From IMG/VR virus record IMGVR_UViG_3300049827_000271, positions 1-64,000 of that record: 64,000 nt of DNA; one strand, given 5' to 3'. Shown piece after piece: positions 54,611 through 63,393 of this stretch. Position 1 is the stretch's first letter. Each line of letters begins with the position of its first letter. The stretch is from a virus. The notes beneath the pieces are model-generated. The model did no database searches. It was given only the letters and a program-made list of their open reading frames with translations, and had not been told where the DNA came from. Both the position numbers and the translations under genes were made by a program.

Positions 54611-54849
54611 AGAACCTGTTTCACGCCATGTGGCTGATCTCATTCCTGGTCAACGCCACATCCAGCGCGATCATTATGGCGCTGGCCAACATCCAATGGG
54701 AAAACCTGGACCGGCAGGCCAAGTTCTTGGTTGTGCTGGTCACGCTCCAATCGCTGAGCAATGTCCTGATGGCTTTTCTGTACCGGGCGGTCAACAGAAA
54801 AGAAGGGGAATCATTCGAGGAACCGCCATCAACAAAAACAACACCATGA
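54607..54849 (+). CDS. Two-TM holin-like protein
   Basis: Two hydrophobic segments and a charged C-terminus; ATGA-coupled. Confidence 0.6.
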   Translation: MKNLFHAMWLISFLVNATSSAIIMALANIQWENLDRQAKFLVVLVTLQSLSNVLMAFLYRAVNRKEGESFEEPPSTKTTP

Positions 54850-55475
54850 AAAAACACGTCAAACGCCTGATACTCTCACTCATCTTCACTGCGCTCGCCG
54901 CCCTAGCCGGATCAGGCTGCGTTACCATGCCGGGCGGGCAGAGGTCCGTTTCACCCGAAGTGCTGGCCTCCACTGAATCAGTCGTCTGTGCGGGCGTGGC
55001 CGCGGATGTAATGCTCCGCCCGCAGGATGCAGCAATCTTTCACGCGGCCAAGGATGCCGTCGATTCCGTGTTGGCCACCAACGGCGTGCGCGTTGGCGCA
55101 ATTTCCAATTTGCTGCGCGACATCCCCGGCGGAAACCAGATGCCGTGGCTTGCGCCGGCCATCATTCTGTTCGACTACTGGGTGGATTACGGATTGAAAC
55201 AGGACGACACCGGGAGCGCCCGCGCGATTTTGGATTCGATACGCAATGGTCTGGCCTGCGCGGTAGCAACCGCTCCTCCTCAAACAGTGGTTGCACCCGA
55301 GACAAAAGGCAGAGTCGAACTCTTCAAGGACATCTCCAATCGCTGGCGATGGCGCCGTATCGCGGCTAACGGACAGATCGTATCCATCTGGGGAGAGTCC
55401 TCGCGTTGGAAGTGGAATTGCAAGCGGAGCGCCACCAAGCAAAATCCAGGACTGCCCGTTCTTACCTACCGCTGA
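54846..55475 (+). CDS. Lipoprotein with C-terminal DUF1508/YegP-like domain
   Basis: MKKHVKR + hydrophobic stretch + LAGSG/C; VELFKD.SNRWRWR.IAANGQIV..GES. Confidence 0.75.
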   Translation: MKKHVKRLILSLIFTALAALAGSGCVTMPGGQRSVSPEVLASTESVVCAGVAADVMLRPQDAAIFHAAKDAVDSVLATNGVRVGAISNLLRDIPGGNQMPWLAPAIILFDYWVDYGLKQDDTGSARAILDSIRNGLACAVATAPPQTVVAPETKGRVELFKDISNRWRWRRIAANGQIVSIWGESSRWKWNCKRSATKQNPGLPVLTYR

Positions 55476-55761
55476 CCATGTGCATCGTCATCTACACCGG
55501 GGGCAGGATGCGCGGCTACTGGAGGGCTGGACTCAAACCATCCGCCAGCACCATCCGCGCAATGGCCCCCCGACTACGCGACCGCCTACGAGATTGTGGA
55601 CCTAGAGGACTCGCGGCGTGAGCGCGTAATTGCCAAGCGCAGGCGGCTGTAATCAAGATTTCCCATCTGCATTCGATGTCTGATTTCATGATATTAGTAT
55701 TAGTTATACTGATACTATGTATAACTCTGGATACAAACTGCGGGCGCCTGCAAAATTTTTG

Positions 55762-55793
55762 TTGCACTCTGCTACGCGCATAGCATTATAGCA
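55762..55793 (+). promoter_or_regulatory. Promoter and operator for the replication/recombination operon
   Basis: TTGCAC-N16-CATTAT overlapped by TGCTA-N6-TAGCA, plus a further TAGCA at 55789-55793. Confidence 0.55.
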
Positions 55794-55798
55794 CCACG

Positions 55799-55960
55799 AT
55801 GTCTGAAATAGATCGAGTTCAATTCAACCGGCGCATCCAGCGCCAGACGGCCCGAGACGTGGCGTTGCGCGCGTTTCTACGCAATGAGACGCAGGACGCC
55901 TTCGCTGAGCGCGCCCTGAAAAAAGAGCTGAAGCGCACCACCAACGGACGAAAAGCATGA
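55799..55960 (+). CDS. Ribbon-helix-helix (Arc/Mnt-like) regulator, 53 aa, not in the ORF track
   Basis: MSEIDRVQFNRRIQRQTARDVALRAFLRNETQDAFAERALKKEL: alternating beta strand followed by two helices. Confidence 0.7.
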   Translation: MSEIDRVQFNRRIQRQTARDVALRAFLRNETQDAFAERALKKELKRTTNGRKA

Positions 55961-56124
55961 GTAGAATCTACACCGCTGTTTTCGCCGGCATGGCTTCGAT
56001 CTGTATGATTGTCTCCATCTGCGATCTGGCCCAACTGAAAAAGGCATCACCCATTTCTTGCGCGCTCGTGGCGGTCGCTGCCGCTGTGTGCGCAAGGCTG
56101 TTCCAAACACCACACGACAAATAA
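55957..56124 (+). CDS. Small two-TM protein (55 aa, not in the ORF track)
   Basis: ATGA-coupled; MSRIYTAVFAGMASICMIVSIC...ISCALVAVAAAVC. Confidence 0.55.
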   Translation: MSRIYTAVFAGMASICMIVSICDLAQLKKASPISCALVAVAAAVCARLFQTPHDK

Positions 56125-56127
56125 ACA

Positions 56128-57513
56128 ATGAATCCAACCTCGACATCTCTTGTCCGTGGAGGCTCCCAGATGGGGGTCGCCGGACTGCGCGCCACACTCA
56201 ACGATCCCAACGTGCAAAATCGCATGAGGGAAGTGCTGCGCGATAAAGCGCCCGCCTTCTGCTCGTCGCTGATCACGATCTCCAACGACTACAAGTTCCA
56301 GAATGTGGAGCCGCACTCCATCCTGGGATCGGCCATGATCGCGGCCACGCTGGACCTCCCTATCGAGAAATCGCTCGGCTTTGCCCACATCGTTCCCTAC
56401 GGGAGCAAGGCCCAATTCCAGATCGGGGCCAAAGGGCTGGTGCAACTGGCCCTCCGTTCCGGCCAGTACAAGAAGATGAACGCTTTTTGCGTCAATCGCG
56501 ACGCCTTTGGCGGATACGACGAAGTGGGCGACCCCGTCATCCTCTGGGACAAGCTGGATGAAACCGAGGAAATCGTGGGCTATGCGTTTGCCTGGACGCT
56601 TGTGACCGGATTCACCAAGATCGTCTATTGGACGAAGGAAAAGGTGGAGCAGCACGCGGCCAAGTATTCCCAAGCCTACCGCTACGGAAAACAGAATCCG
56701 TCCAAGGCCGACTCCCCGTGGTTCACCGCCTTTGACCAGATGGCGCTCAAGACGGTCATCAAATCCGGGATCACCCATTGGGGGATCATGTCCGTCCAGT
56801 TGCAGACCGCGGTTCGCATGGACAACGCGGCGGTCGCCGACATTGATGCCCCTCCTGAGTATATCGACAACACAAATGGGGTCCATCAGATCAAACAGGC
56901 GACCGTTGATTCAGCCGTGCTCAACCCTGCTGGGAACCCGGAAGATGATCAAGTTCCAATGGTGGAAGTGGCGGTCAGCCCGGAAGTCGGATATGCGCCT
57001 GCCGCACCTCCGCCTAGCACGCCTCCTCCGCCTCCAGTTGCACCGCAACCAAAAGTGGTGCCCATGCCTGCTACCAAACCGCAACCAGCACCCGTCACTC
57101 CCACGCCCGTTCCCGTGGCGTCCCCGCCTCTCGCTCGTCCAATGGGCCGTCCTGCCAATCGCAAGCCAGAGCCTGCGCCCACGCCTGCGGTGGCAGCGCC
57201 TGCACCCGCCCCTGAAGCGCCTTCGGAACATGAACAGGCTGCGCCATCCCAGCCTGTCTCATCCACTCCAACGCCGCCAGAAGAGCCAGCCTCGTCCCCG
57301 CAAGAAGAGTTGGCCGCCGTCTTTGAGAGGTGTGACTTCGACGACTACAAGGGCTACTTCCAGACCACTGATTTCGCTGTCTTCAACCAGATCAAAGAGG
57401 CCAAGACATGGACTGAACTCCCCACAGAACATTGCAAAGACGTGCTCTCGCGTCCACCTATCAAGGGGAAGACGCTGGTGATGAAGATTATGTCGGTCAT
57501 CTCTCCTGCCTGA
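56128..57513 (+). CDS. recT: RecT-family single-strand annealing protein with Pro-rich extension
   Basis: SILGSAMIAATLDLPI..LGFAHIVPY..AQFQIG.KGLVQLALRSGQY; SPW..FDQMALKTVIK. Confidence 0.92.
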   Translation: MNPTSTSLVRGGSQMGVAGLRATLNDPNVQNRMREVLRDKAPAFCSSLITISNDYKFQNVEPHSILGSAMIAATLDLPIEKSLGFAHIVPYGSKAQFQIGAKGLVQLALRSGQYKKMNAFCVNRDAFGGYDEVGDPVILWDKLDETEEIVGYAFAWTLVTGFTKIVYWTKEKVEQHAAKYSQAYRYGKQNPSKADSPWFTAFDQMALKTVIKSGITHWGIMSVQLQTAVRMDNAAVADIDAPPEYIDNTNGVHQIKQATVDSAVLNPAGNPEDDQVPMVEVAVSPEVGYAPAAPPPSTPPPPPVAPQPKVVPMPATKPQPAPVTPTPVPVASPPLARPMGRPANRKPEPAPTPAVAAPAPAPEAPSEHEQAAPSQPVSSTPTPPEEPASSPQEELAAVFERCDFDDYKGYFQTTDFAVFNQIKEAKTWTELPTEHCKDVLSRPPIKGKTLVMKIMSVISPA

Positions 57514-57514
57514 T

Positions 57515-57709
57515 ATGCGCGTCATCATTCTATATGGTTCCGAGAAGAAGCTGACCGGCTCCCATAAACGGGTTACATCCAAGAAGCATCCGGCCTACTA
57601 TGTGCGCGCGGAGTTTGCTCCAAAAACATGCACTCAAGATGTGCTCGCGCTAGATCGTGCAAAGGCGCTTCCGGGAGAAGTATTGCTGAACACGGAGGAG
57701 ATCGCATAA
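57515..57709 (+). CDS. Small hypothetical protein
   Basis: Fills the gap; TAATG coupling. Confidence 0.55.
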   Translation: MRVIILYGSEKKLTGSHKRVTSKKHPAYYVRAEFAPKTCTQDVLALDRAKALPGEVLLNTEEIA

Positions 57710-58641
57710 TGGACTTCGACACCAGCAATCTGAATCAATACGTAGGTGCCCACGCGGGCTGGCCATTCGCGGACTACGCCAAGTTTCCGGCGGTAAACGC
57801 CAGCCTGCTAAAGCGGCTGGCCGATACCAACCCGTTGAAAACCCAGCACTCGCTGACCGAACCGGAAGAGGAAGAAGTGCCCGAATACTTCATCATCGGC
57901 ACCTGCGTTCACCAGCTTGTGCTGGAACCGGATCGTCCATTGCCAGCAATGGCCGTTCCACCCAAGCAATATCCAGCCCCAGCCGATTGCTCGTTGGTCA
58001 AACAAAAGAAGGTCGCCGCCGGGGACATGATCGACTGGTCTGGAAACGCGACCTATTGCAAACAATGGATTGCCGAGCAAAAGGCTGCGGGCAAGCTTGT
58101 GTTGAGCGAGCGCGCGTACGAGGCCATGCACGGGATGGCCCGCGCGATAGCCCGGCACAAGACGGCCCGGCGCTTCTTCGAGATGCGGGACGGCAGAAGC
58201 GAACTCACGCTCGTCTGGCAGGACAGGCAGACCGGGCTGTATTGCAAGGCCCGCGCTGACTGGGTTCCGCCCGCGCCGTCCACAGACCTTCCGGACATCA
58301 AAACCTCGCGGGATGCCAACCCGAAATTCTGGTCCAAAACCGCATTTGACCTCTTCTACCACATCCAGGCCGCGCACTATCTAATCGGCTGGAATACGCT
58401 GAACGGACCAACGGATACCCGGTCGCAATGGCCCATCATCTGCGTAGAGAGCGAAGCCCCCTACGACGTAGTGGTGTTTCACCCGGAACCAGAGTGGATA
58501 AATGACGGGGCAGAAATGCGCCGCCGCCTTCTGGAGTTGTGGGCCGACTGCATCATGCACAACACCTTCCCAGGTTACGCAGAAGACCCAATGCCGCTAG
58601 TCCTCCCAGATTGGCGCAAGCGCGAGAAAGGAATGCTGTGA
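57709..58641 (+). CDS. RecE / exonuclease VIII-like PD-(D/E)XK nuclease
   Basis: GTCVHQLVLEP, SE, CKARADW, DIKTS, YHIQAAHY. Confidence 0.88.
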   Translation: MDFDTSNLNQYVGAHAGWPFADYAKFPAVNASLLKRLADTNPLKTQHSLTEPEEEEVPEYFIIGTCVHQLVLEPDRPLPAMAVPPKQYPAPADCSLVKQKKVAAGDMIDWSGNATYCKQWIAEQKAAGKLVLSERAYEAMHGMARAIARHKTARRFFEMRDGRSELTLVWQDRQTGLYCKARADWVPPAPSTDLPDIKTSRDANPKFWSKTAFDLFYHIQAAHYLIGWNTLNGPTDTRSQWPIICVESEAPYDVVVFHPEPEWINDGAEMRRRLLELWADCIMHNTFPGYAEDPMPLVLPDWRKREKGML

Positions 58642-59219
58642 ACTACTCACTCATCTTCGACACGGAGACGACGGGCAAGCTCGACTTCAAACTCCCGCCC
58701 GATCACATTACGCAACCAAGGGTTGTCCAACTGGCCGCCATGCTACTGGATGAAAAATGGATGGAGGTCCAAGCCATGAACTTCATCATCAAGCCCGGCG
58801 CGTTCACCATCCCGGACGAGGCGGCGGAGATTCACGGGATCGACACCGATACCGCCAGCCGGATTGGGGTCAACCTCTATCACGCGCTGGGCGCCTTTGT
58901 AAAGCTGGCGTCTGTCGCCAGCGAGAAAGTGGCGTTCAACATCGAATTCGATGTGGCACTCATCACCGGAGAGCTTTCCCGCACGGGCTACAGCAACTTC
59001 GCGGGACTGCTCCAGAAGGGTCAGTTCTGCGTGATGAAGGCGATGACCCCCATCTGCAAACTGCCCGGACAACACAATGACTACAAGTGGCCAAAGCTCC
59101 AAGAGGCGCACAAACACGCATTTGGCGCTGAATTCGACGGGGCGCACGATGCAATGGCGGACGTGCGGGCCACCGCCGCGCTCTACCGCTGGCTGAAAGA
59201 GGGAGGGGCCAAGGCGTGA
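58638..59219 (+). CDS. DEDDh 3'-5' exonuclease (DnaQ-like)
   Basis: FDTETTG, IHGI, FNIEFD, KWPKL, AHDAMADV. Confidence 0.92.
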   Translation: MNYSLIFDTETTGKLDFKLPPDHITQPRVVQLAAMLLDEKWMEVQAMNFIIKPGAFTIPDEAAEIHGIDTDTASRIGVNLYHALGAFVKLASVASEKVAFNIEFDVALITGELSRTGYSNFAGLLQKGQFCVMKAMTPICKLPGQHNDYKWPKLQEAHKHAFGAEFDGAHDAMADVRATAALYRWLKEGGAKA

Positions 59220-59551
59220 ATTCAACCCTGATTATCAAACCGGAGTTAGGGCATATACTTCTGGAACCGGAAGATCATCTGGCCGGAGGCACATACCGAA
59301 GGACGGAAGACCACGGAGCGACATGGAAAAATGTCCGCGTGACACCAAGCCATAGATGGTTTGAGAAATCCGTGGGCCGAATTTGCGCTGGACGGCCAGG
59401 ACGGGCTTTGGCCGTGCTGCCGGATATATTCACCACAATCAAACAGAAGGCTCACCATATCCGCGGTCGAAAAAAGATTCACCTGCTAAGCCTGGGGAGC
59501 CTATGCTACCCAACCCCAAAAGAACTAGCTTCCATTTTCAAAAGAAAATGA
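59216..59551 (+). CDS. Hypothetical protein
   Basis: GTGA/ATGA-coupled. Confidence 0.55.
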   Translation: MNSTLIIKPELGHILLEPEDHLAGGTYRRTEDHGATWKNVRVTPSHRWFEKSVGRICAGRPGRALAVLPDIFTTIKQKAHHIRGRKKIHLLSLGSLCYPTPKELASIFKRK

Positions 59552-60189
59552 TCACCACATCCGACAAACTGAAATCCATCCAGAGCGAAACCTTCACCCA
59601 TTGCGCGAAGGTGATGGAGGCCAAGAACCACGACTATTGCGCCGGGTCCGCTGATGCGCTGGCCAACTTTCGCATGGCCACTGCCATCGGATTAACCCCG
59701 ATCCAAGGAGTGCTCCTGCGGGTCATGGACAAAATTCAGCGCATCCGCACCTTCGACAATTCCTGCACGCTCAAGGTGCCGGAGTCGGCGTGCGATGCGT
59801 GCGATGACATCGTGAACTATGCGGTGCTGATCAAGGCGCTGTTGCTGGAAAAAACCCAACAGGAAGCCATGCAGTCCAAGATCGAGAACCGCGAGATTGA
59901 ATCGACCGGAGGCGTGTTCTTGGATGGTTTGGCCAAAGCGATTGGCAAACCGAAAGCAACATCGGAAGTTTCAACTGAAGGCTTGGGCTGCGAGGGGTTA
60001 AAAGATTGGGCCGGCACTCATCACTCGAACGAAAAGGCCATCCACGCGCGCGTGCTCGCCGTTGACACCGATGTCGTGACGGAAGCGGAGATCAAGGAAA
60101 TGATCGACCGATCTCAGCCGGTCATTATACGATACAGCGGGCAAAGATTCAGAGTTTTAGGCAATGACGCACAAGACCTGATCACATGA
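59548..60189 (+). CDS. DUF1599 / nucleotide-modification-associated domain protein
   Basis: KNHDY..ALANF..GVLLRVMDKIQRI..DDIVNYAVL. Confidence 0.75.
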   Translation: MITTSDKLKSIQSETFTHCAKVMEAKNHDYCAGSADALANFRMATAIGLTPIQGVLLRVMDKIQRIRTFDNSCTLKVPESACDACDDIVNYAVLIKALLLEKTQQEAMQSKIENREIESTGGVFLDGLAKAIGKPKATSEVSTEGLGCEGLKDWAGTHHSNEKAIHARVLAVDTDVVTEAEIKEMIDRSQPVIIRYSGQRFRVLGNDAQDLIT

Positions 60190-60611
60190 CTCCTCCATTC
60201 ACCACCTCCGACTACATAGCTATGAAAGAGCGCACGGACAGGGCCAGGCTCAAAGGCGGAACACTGTCTCCGATGACCGCGCCGCGTCACGGTATCGACG
60301 ATCTTCCGCCAAATCCGTCACCCAAGGCGCTGCTGGAGCGGCATCTCCACGAGGACATCATCAGACACTGCAACCAACAGTGGCCGAGATGGAAATACAT
60401 TCACGCCAGGATGGACCAGAAATCCACCATCCAAGAGGGGGCGCAGGACTTCACGATCTTCATGCCCGGAAACCGGACCTTGTGCGTGGAGTGCAAGCGG
60501 CCCGGTGAGAAGCCCACCGCCGAACAGCGGGCTTGGGCCAAGGAGATGGAGATGCTGGGGCACACCGTACACGTCATTACAACAATGGAACAGTTCAAGG
60601 CGCTGCTGTGA
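60186..60611 (+). CDS. VRR-NUC domain nuclease
   Basis: E..LH..I, GAQDF, VECKRPGEK.T.EQ..W. Confidence 0.85.
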   Translation: MTPPFTTSDYIAMKERTDRARLKGGTLSPMTAPRHGIDDLPPNPSPKALLERHLHEDIIRHCNQQWPRWKYIHARMDQKSTIQEGAQDFTIFMPGNRTLCVECKRPGEKPTAEQRAWAKEMEMLGHTVHVITTMEQFKALL

Positions 60612-60679
60612 TCTCAACCCAGAAAAACTTTTTCCGAACCCGCGGCCTGCGCTGGGCCGCGCGACAGTCCAGAACACCT

Positions 60680-61090
60680 ATGAACACACCACCAAACACT
60701 ACACCAACCATCGAACAAGAACATCACCTGCTGGTAAAACGGCTGGCCAAACCGGGACCGGAGATCGCGCAGGATTTTCTGCGTGATCCAGGCAAGGCCC
60801 ATCTCATGCACATGATCGTCGGGATCATGGGAGAGGCCGGGGAATTGCTGGACACAGTAAAGAAGCACTGCATCTACAACAAGCCGCTCGATGTCACCAA
60901 CATCGAAGAAGAATTGGGCGATCTCGAATTCTACACGCGCGGCCTGCGAGATGCGCTGGGGATCGAACGAGACTATACGCTTCGGATGAATATAGCCAAG
61001 CTCAACACGCGCTACCCGGAGGGCTACACAGATCGGGCCGCGCAGAAGCGAGCGGACAAGGAATTTGAAAAGGAGGCGTCCAATGGCTGA
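60680..61090 (+). CDS. mazG: MazG-like nucleotide pyrophosphohydrolase
   Basis: GIMGEAGELLD.VKK..EEELGDLEFY..NIAKL..RYPEGY. Confidence 0.9.
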   Translation: MNTPPNTTPTIEQEHHLLVKRLAKPGPEIAQDFLRDPGKAHLMHMIVGIMGEAGELLDTVKKHCIYNKPLDVTNIEEELGDLEFYTRGLRDALGIERDYTLRMNIAKLNTRYPEGYTDRAAQKRADKEFEKEASNG

Positions 61091-61751
61091 CCAGAAACGC
61101 AACCGCACCGTATTCGGACGCATGGAAATCGACTACCCTGCCGGGGCGGTCAGTGTGATCGGGCAGCAATGCGATGGCATCCATGTTCACACCAAGAAGT
61201 GTCAGGACGAAAGGGTTATACCTTTCGACGCCCTGATTGACAGCGATCCGGGCCGCCGCCGGTTCTCGGCGTTGGGCGCGGAGTGGGACTCCAAATTCAC
61301 CACCTCCGGATTTCTGCTCAAGAAAGCGTGGCAGCCGTGGGATCGCGCCAAACTCATCACTTGGCAGATGCTAGCCGAGGCCGCGGTAGGCCAGTTCCAT
61401 CTGGATTTTGGAGCAGAGCGCGCCACGGTCACTGCTGTAAGCCCTCCGGAGCCGAGCGTAGAACTTTATCCATTATCAGGCCAAAATCCGCAAGCTCCCT
61501 ACGGAAAGATTGAGATTGGAACCTCAGAGCAGATTCCCAACCCAAGACTTCGTGACGGCTGGAGCCTGTGGATTGAAAACAGAACTTGGTGTGTTGCGCC
61601 AAAAATTGATCCTGAGCATTTCGGAAAACACGCATACATGGATGATATGGGAGATTGTCCATGTGGGTGCATAATGAACCAGACCTCCTCAAGCGGCCCG
61701 GTCGATCCGTTCGGCCCGTGCCCGCTCAACCCGCTGGAGGTGACTCCATGA
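61083..61751 (+). CDS. Hypothetical protein
   Basis: AGGAGG RBS; C-terminal CPCGC..DPFGPCP. Confidence 0.7.
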   Translation: MADQKRNRTVFGRMEIDYPAGAVSVIGQQCDGIHVHTKKCQDERVIPFDALIDSDPGRRRFSALGAEWDSKFTTSGFLLKKAWQPWDRAKLITWQMLAEAAVGQFHLDFGAERATVTAVSPPEPSVELYPLSGQNPQAPYGKIEIGTSEQIPNPRLRDGWSLWIENRTWCVAPKIDPEHFGKHAYMDDMGDCPCGCIMNQTSSSGPVDPFGPCPLNPLEVTP

Positions 61752-62011
61752 GTTGGCTGAAAGACGATCCGCGCCCGCTCCTATATGCGGTGGATGGAGA
61801 CGGGCAGAAACTGATGCACCATAAGAAACCCCGCTATTTCAGGTTGACCGGAAACCAGTCTAGCACCGGAGGCGGAACACCTGAGAATTGTCCAGTGGAA
61901 GTGGAGTATGTGGATGGAAGCAATGGGTGGATTCACCCATCATCTATTCGAGTGCTCGTTGAAGCGACCCGCGTAGGCTCGCCTGCACCGACGGTTAGGA
62001 CTACGGTATGA
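61748..62011 (+). CDS. Hypothetical protein
   Basis: GGAGG RBS; ATGA-coupled. Confidence 0.65.
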   Translation: MSWLKDDPRPLLYAVDGDGQKLMHHKKPRYFRLTGNQSSTGGGTPENCPVEVEYVDGSNGWIHPSSIRVLVEATRVGSPAPTVRTTV

Positions 62012-62229
62012 AATCAAAAATAACACAAAAAGACGGACTGAAACTCTCAACGGCTCTCGACGCGCTCGCGCTCGCGCTGGCCGGTCACAAGCACAAATGG
62101 ACTGCAAAACAACGGTCTGCTTACGAGCGTGCCGTGTCGGTGCTCGGCAAAACCTTCGCAGGTGAAGTGCCGCCGCCACGGCGGCGCAATACTCAGGAAC
62201 ACCGGAGACTTTATTCCGAACGACCATGA
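62008..62229 (+). CDS. Hypothetical protein
   Basis: ATGA-coupled. Confidence 0.6.
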   Translation: MKSKITQKDGLKLSTALDALALALAGHKHKWTAKQRSAYERAVSVLGKTFAGEVPPPRRRNTQEHRRLYSERP

Positions 62230-62441
62230 CAACCGAATCACCGAAACCGTCCGACGAAGCCAAAGCGGGGGCACTACTGCCTCCAGCGATGGGTTCAACC
62301 AACTACAACTCACGCCAAGAGACAAACGAACACATCCTGCGCGTGCGCGAACTCGGTTGGTCGGCCGCCCAAGCTCAGCGACGGCAGCCGACAGCGCCGC
62401 CGCGAGCGCAAAAGAAAGGAAAAAATCACGATGATCTCTGA
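62226..62441 (+). CDS. Hypothetical protein
   Basis: ATGA-coupled. Confidence 0.5.
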   Translation: MTTESPKPSDEAKAGALLPPAMGSTNYNSRQETNEHILRVRELGWSAAQAQRRQPTAPPRAQKKGKNHDDL

Positions 62442-62712
62442 ACGTAAAGCGTGGCTGCCGTTCGCTGAAGTGCATAGTTCGGCGACCTGCTGCCTGTGCA
62501 ACTGGACAAACGTAAACCTCTTAAACCTAGGAGAACCCGGAGCACCGCGATGGACGTGCCACGGCTGCTGCAAGCGAATGCTCGATACACTGGAGAAACT
62601 CCGAGAAGGAGACTTCGCTGGCACGCCAATCAATCGCGGCAGTTCTGCGATGCTGCTCATAGATGAAACGCTGTCGTCTAACAAAGAACAGGCCGCACTG
62701 CGTACACCATGA
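62431..62712 (+). CDS. Small CxxC Zn-finger protein
   Basis: CCLC...CHGC. Confidence 0.6.
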   Translation: MISERKAWLPFAEVHSSATCCLCNWTNVNLLNLGEPGAPRWTCHGCCKRMLDTLEKLREGDFAGTPINRGSSAMLLIDETLSSNKEQAALRTP

Positions 62713-62939
62713 ACAGGACACTTGGACAGATTCGCCGGAAAAGATTCTCCCTAATGCGGGCCGCCAAGGAGCGGAAACGTCTGGCCAGCCAGCCTACGGA
62801 ACGGGAGCCTAGAATAGAAAAGTTTCATCGGATGGAAGTGACAGTAAAAGACCGTCTCACAGGAGAATCCGGTTCCGCGGAGATCAAGAGTGCCCGCCAT
62901 GCGGCCAGACTGTTTCAGTGCTTTTTCGGGAGCATTTAG
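62709..62939 (+). CDS. Basic hypothetical protein
   Basis: ATGA-coupled. Confidence 0.6.
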   Translation: MNRTLGQIRRKRFSLMRAAKERKRLASQPTEREPRIEKFHRMEVTVKDRLTGESGSAEIKSARHAARLFQCFFGSI

Positions 62940-62952
62940 CGCAATATCCATC

Positions 62953-63180
62953 ATGCCCGTCAACACACTGAAATCCATCTCTAAATGGCAGGCGGACTAC
63001 CGCCGCTACCTGTCAGACGTGCGACGCCAGCAACCGGCGCCGATCATGCCCGCCGAACCCGCGCTGGAAACCCCAATGGAGCGCGCCGTGCTCGCGGAGG
63101 CCAAGCGACAGGAAGACTTGGCGCACGCCAGGGCGCTGGATCGACAGCAGGCAAACCCGTACTGGAAGAAACCGAGTTGA
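62953..63180 (+). CDS. Hypothetical protein
   Basis: Co-oriented ORF MPVNTLKS... Confidence 0.55.
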   Translation: MPVNTLKSISKWQADYRRYLSDVRRQQPAPIMPAEPALETPMERAVLAEAKRQEDLAHARALDRQQANPYWKKPS

Positions 63181-63185
63181 CATTT

Positions 63186-63372
63186 TTTCCGGCCAGCCGA
63201 TGTTGGCCGGAAATCTCCCGCGAGCGGCGCGGGACTGCGGCCCGTGACGGGGCCGGTAAAACCGTGGTAAGCATGAACATTGATCCATCCAGTCTGCCCG
63301 TGGCGATCCCGCCCATCTTCGGCCCCGCCGGAGAGCCACGGCCCGTCACCGTCGCGGGCAGACTGGGTGGAT
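63186..63372 (+). other. Four-hairpin structured element upstream of ssb
   Basis: Stems at 63186-63213 (12 bp), 63216-63234 (7 bp), 63238-63255 (6 bp) and 63283-63305/63350-63372 (23 bp with G-U pairs). Confidence 0.7.
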
Positions 63373-63393
63373 TTTCTATCACAAACTACACTT

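Noticed and set aside
55702-55726. XerCD dif site
   Set aside because: Arm and spacer lengths (8-9-8) and sequence do not match the 28-bp dif layout; kept only as a generic inverted repeat.
59548-61090. DNA hypermodification system (DUF1599-like, MazG, methyltransferase, glycosyltransferases)
   Set aside because: No base-modifying synthase or kinase is visible, and the glycosyltransferases sit in the virion operon. These genes are common in phages with unmodified DNA.
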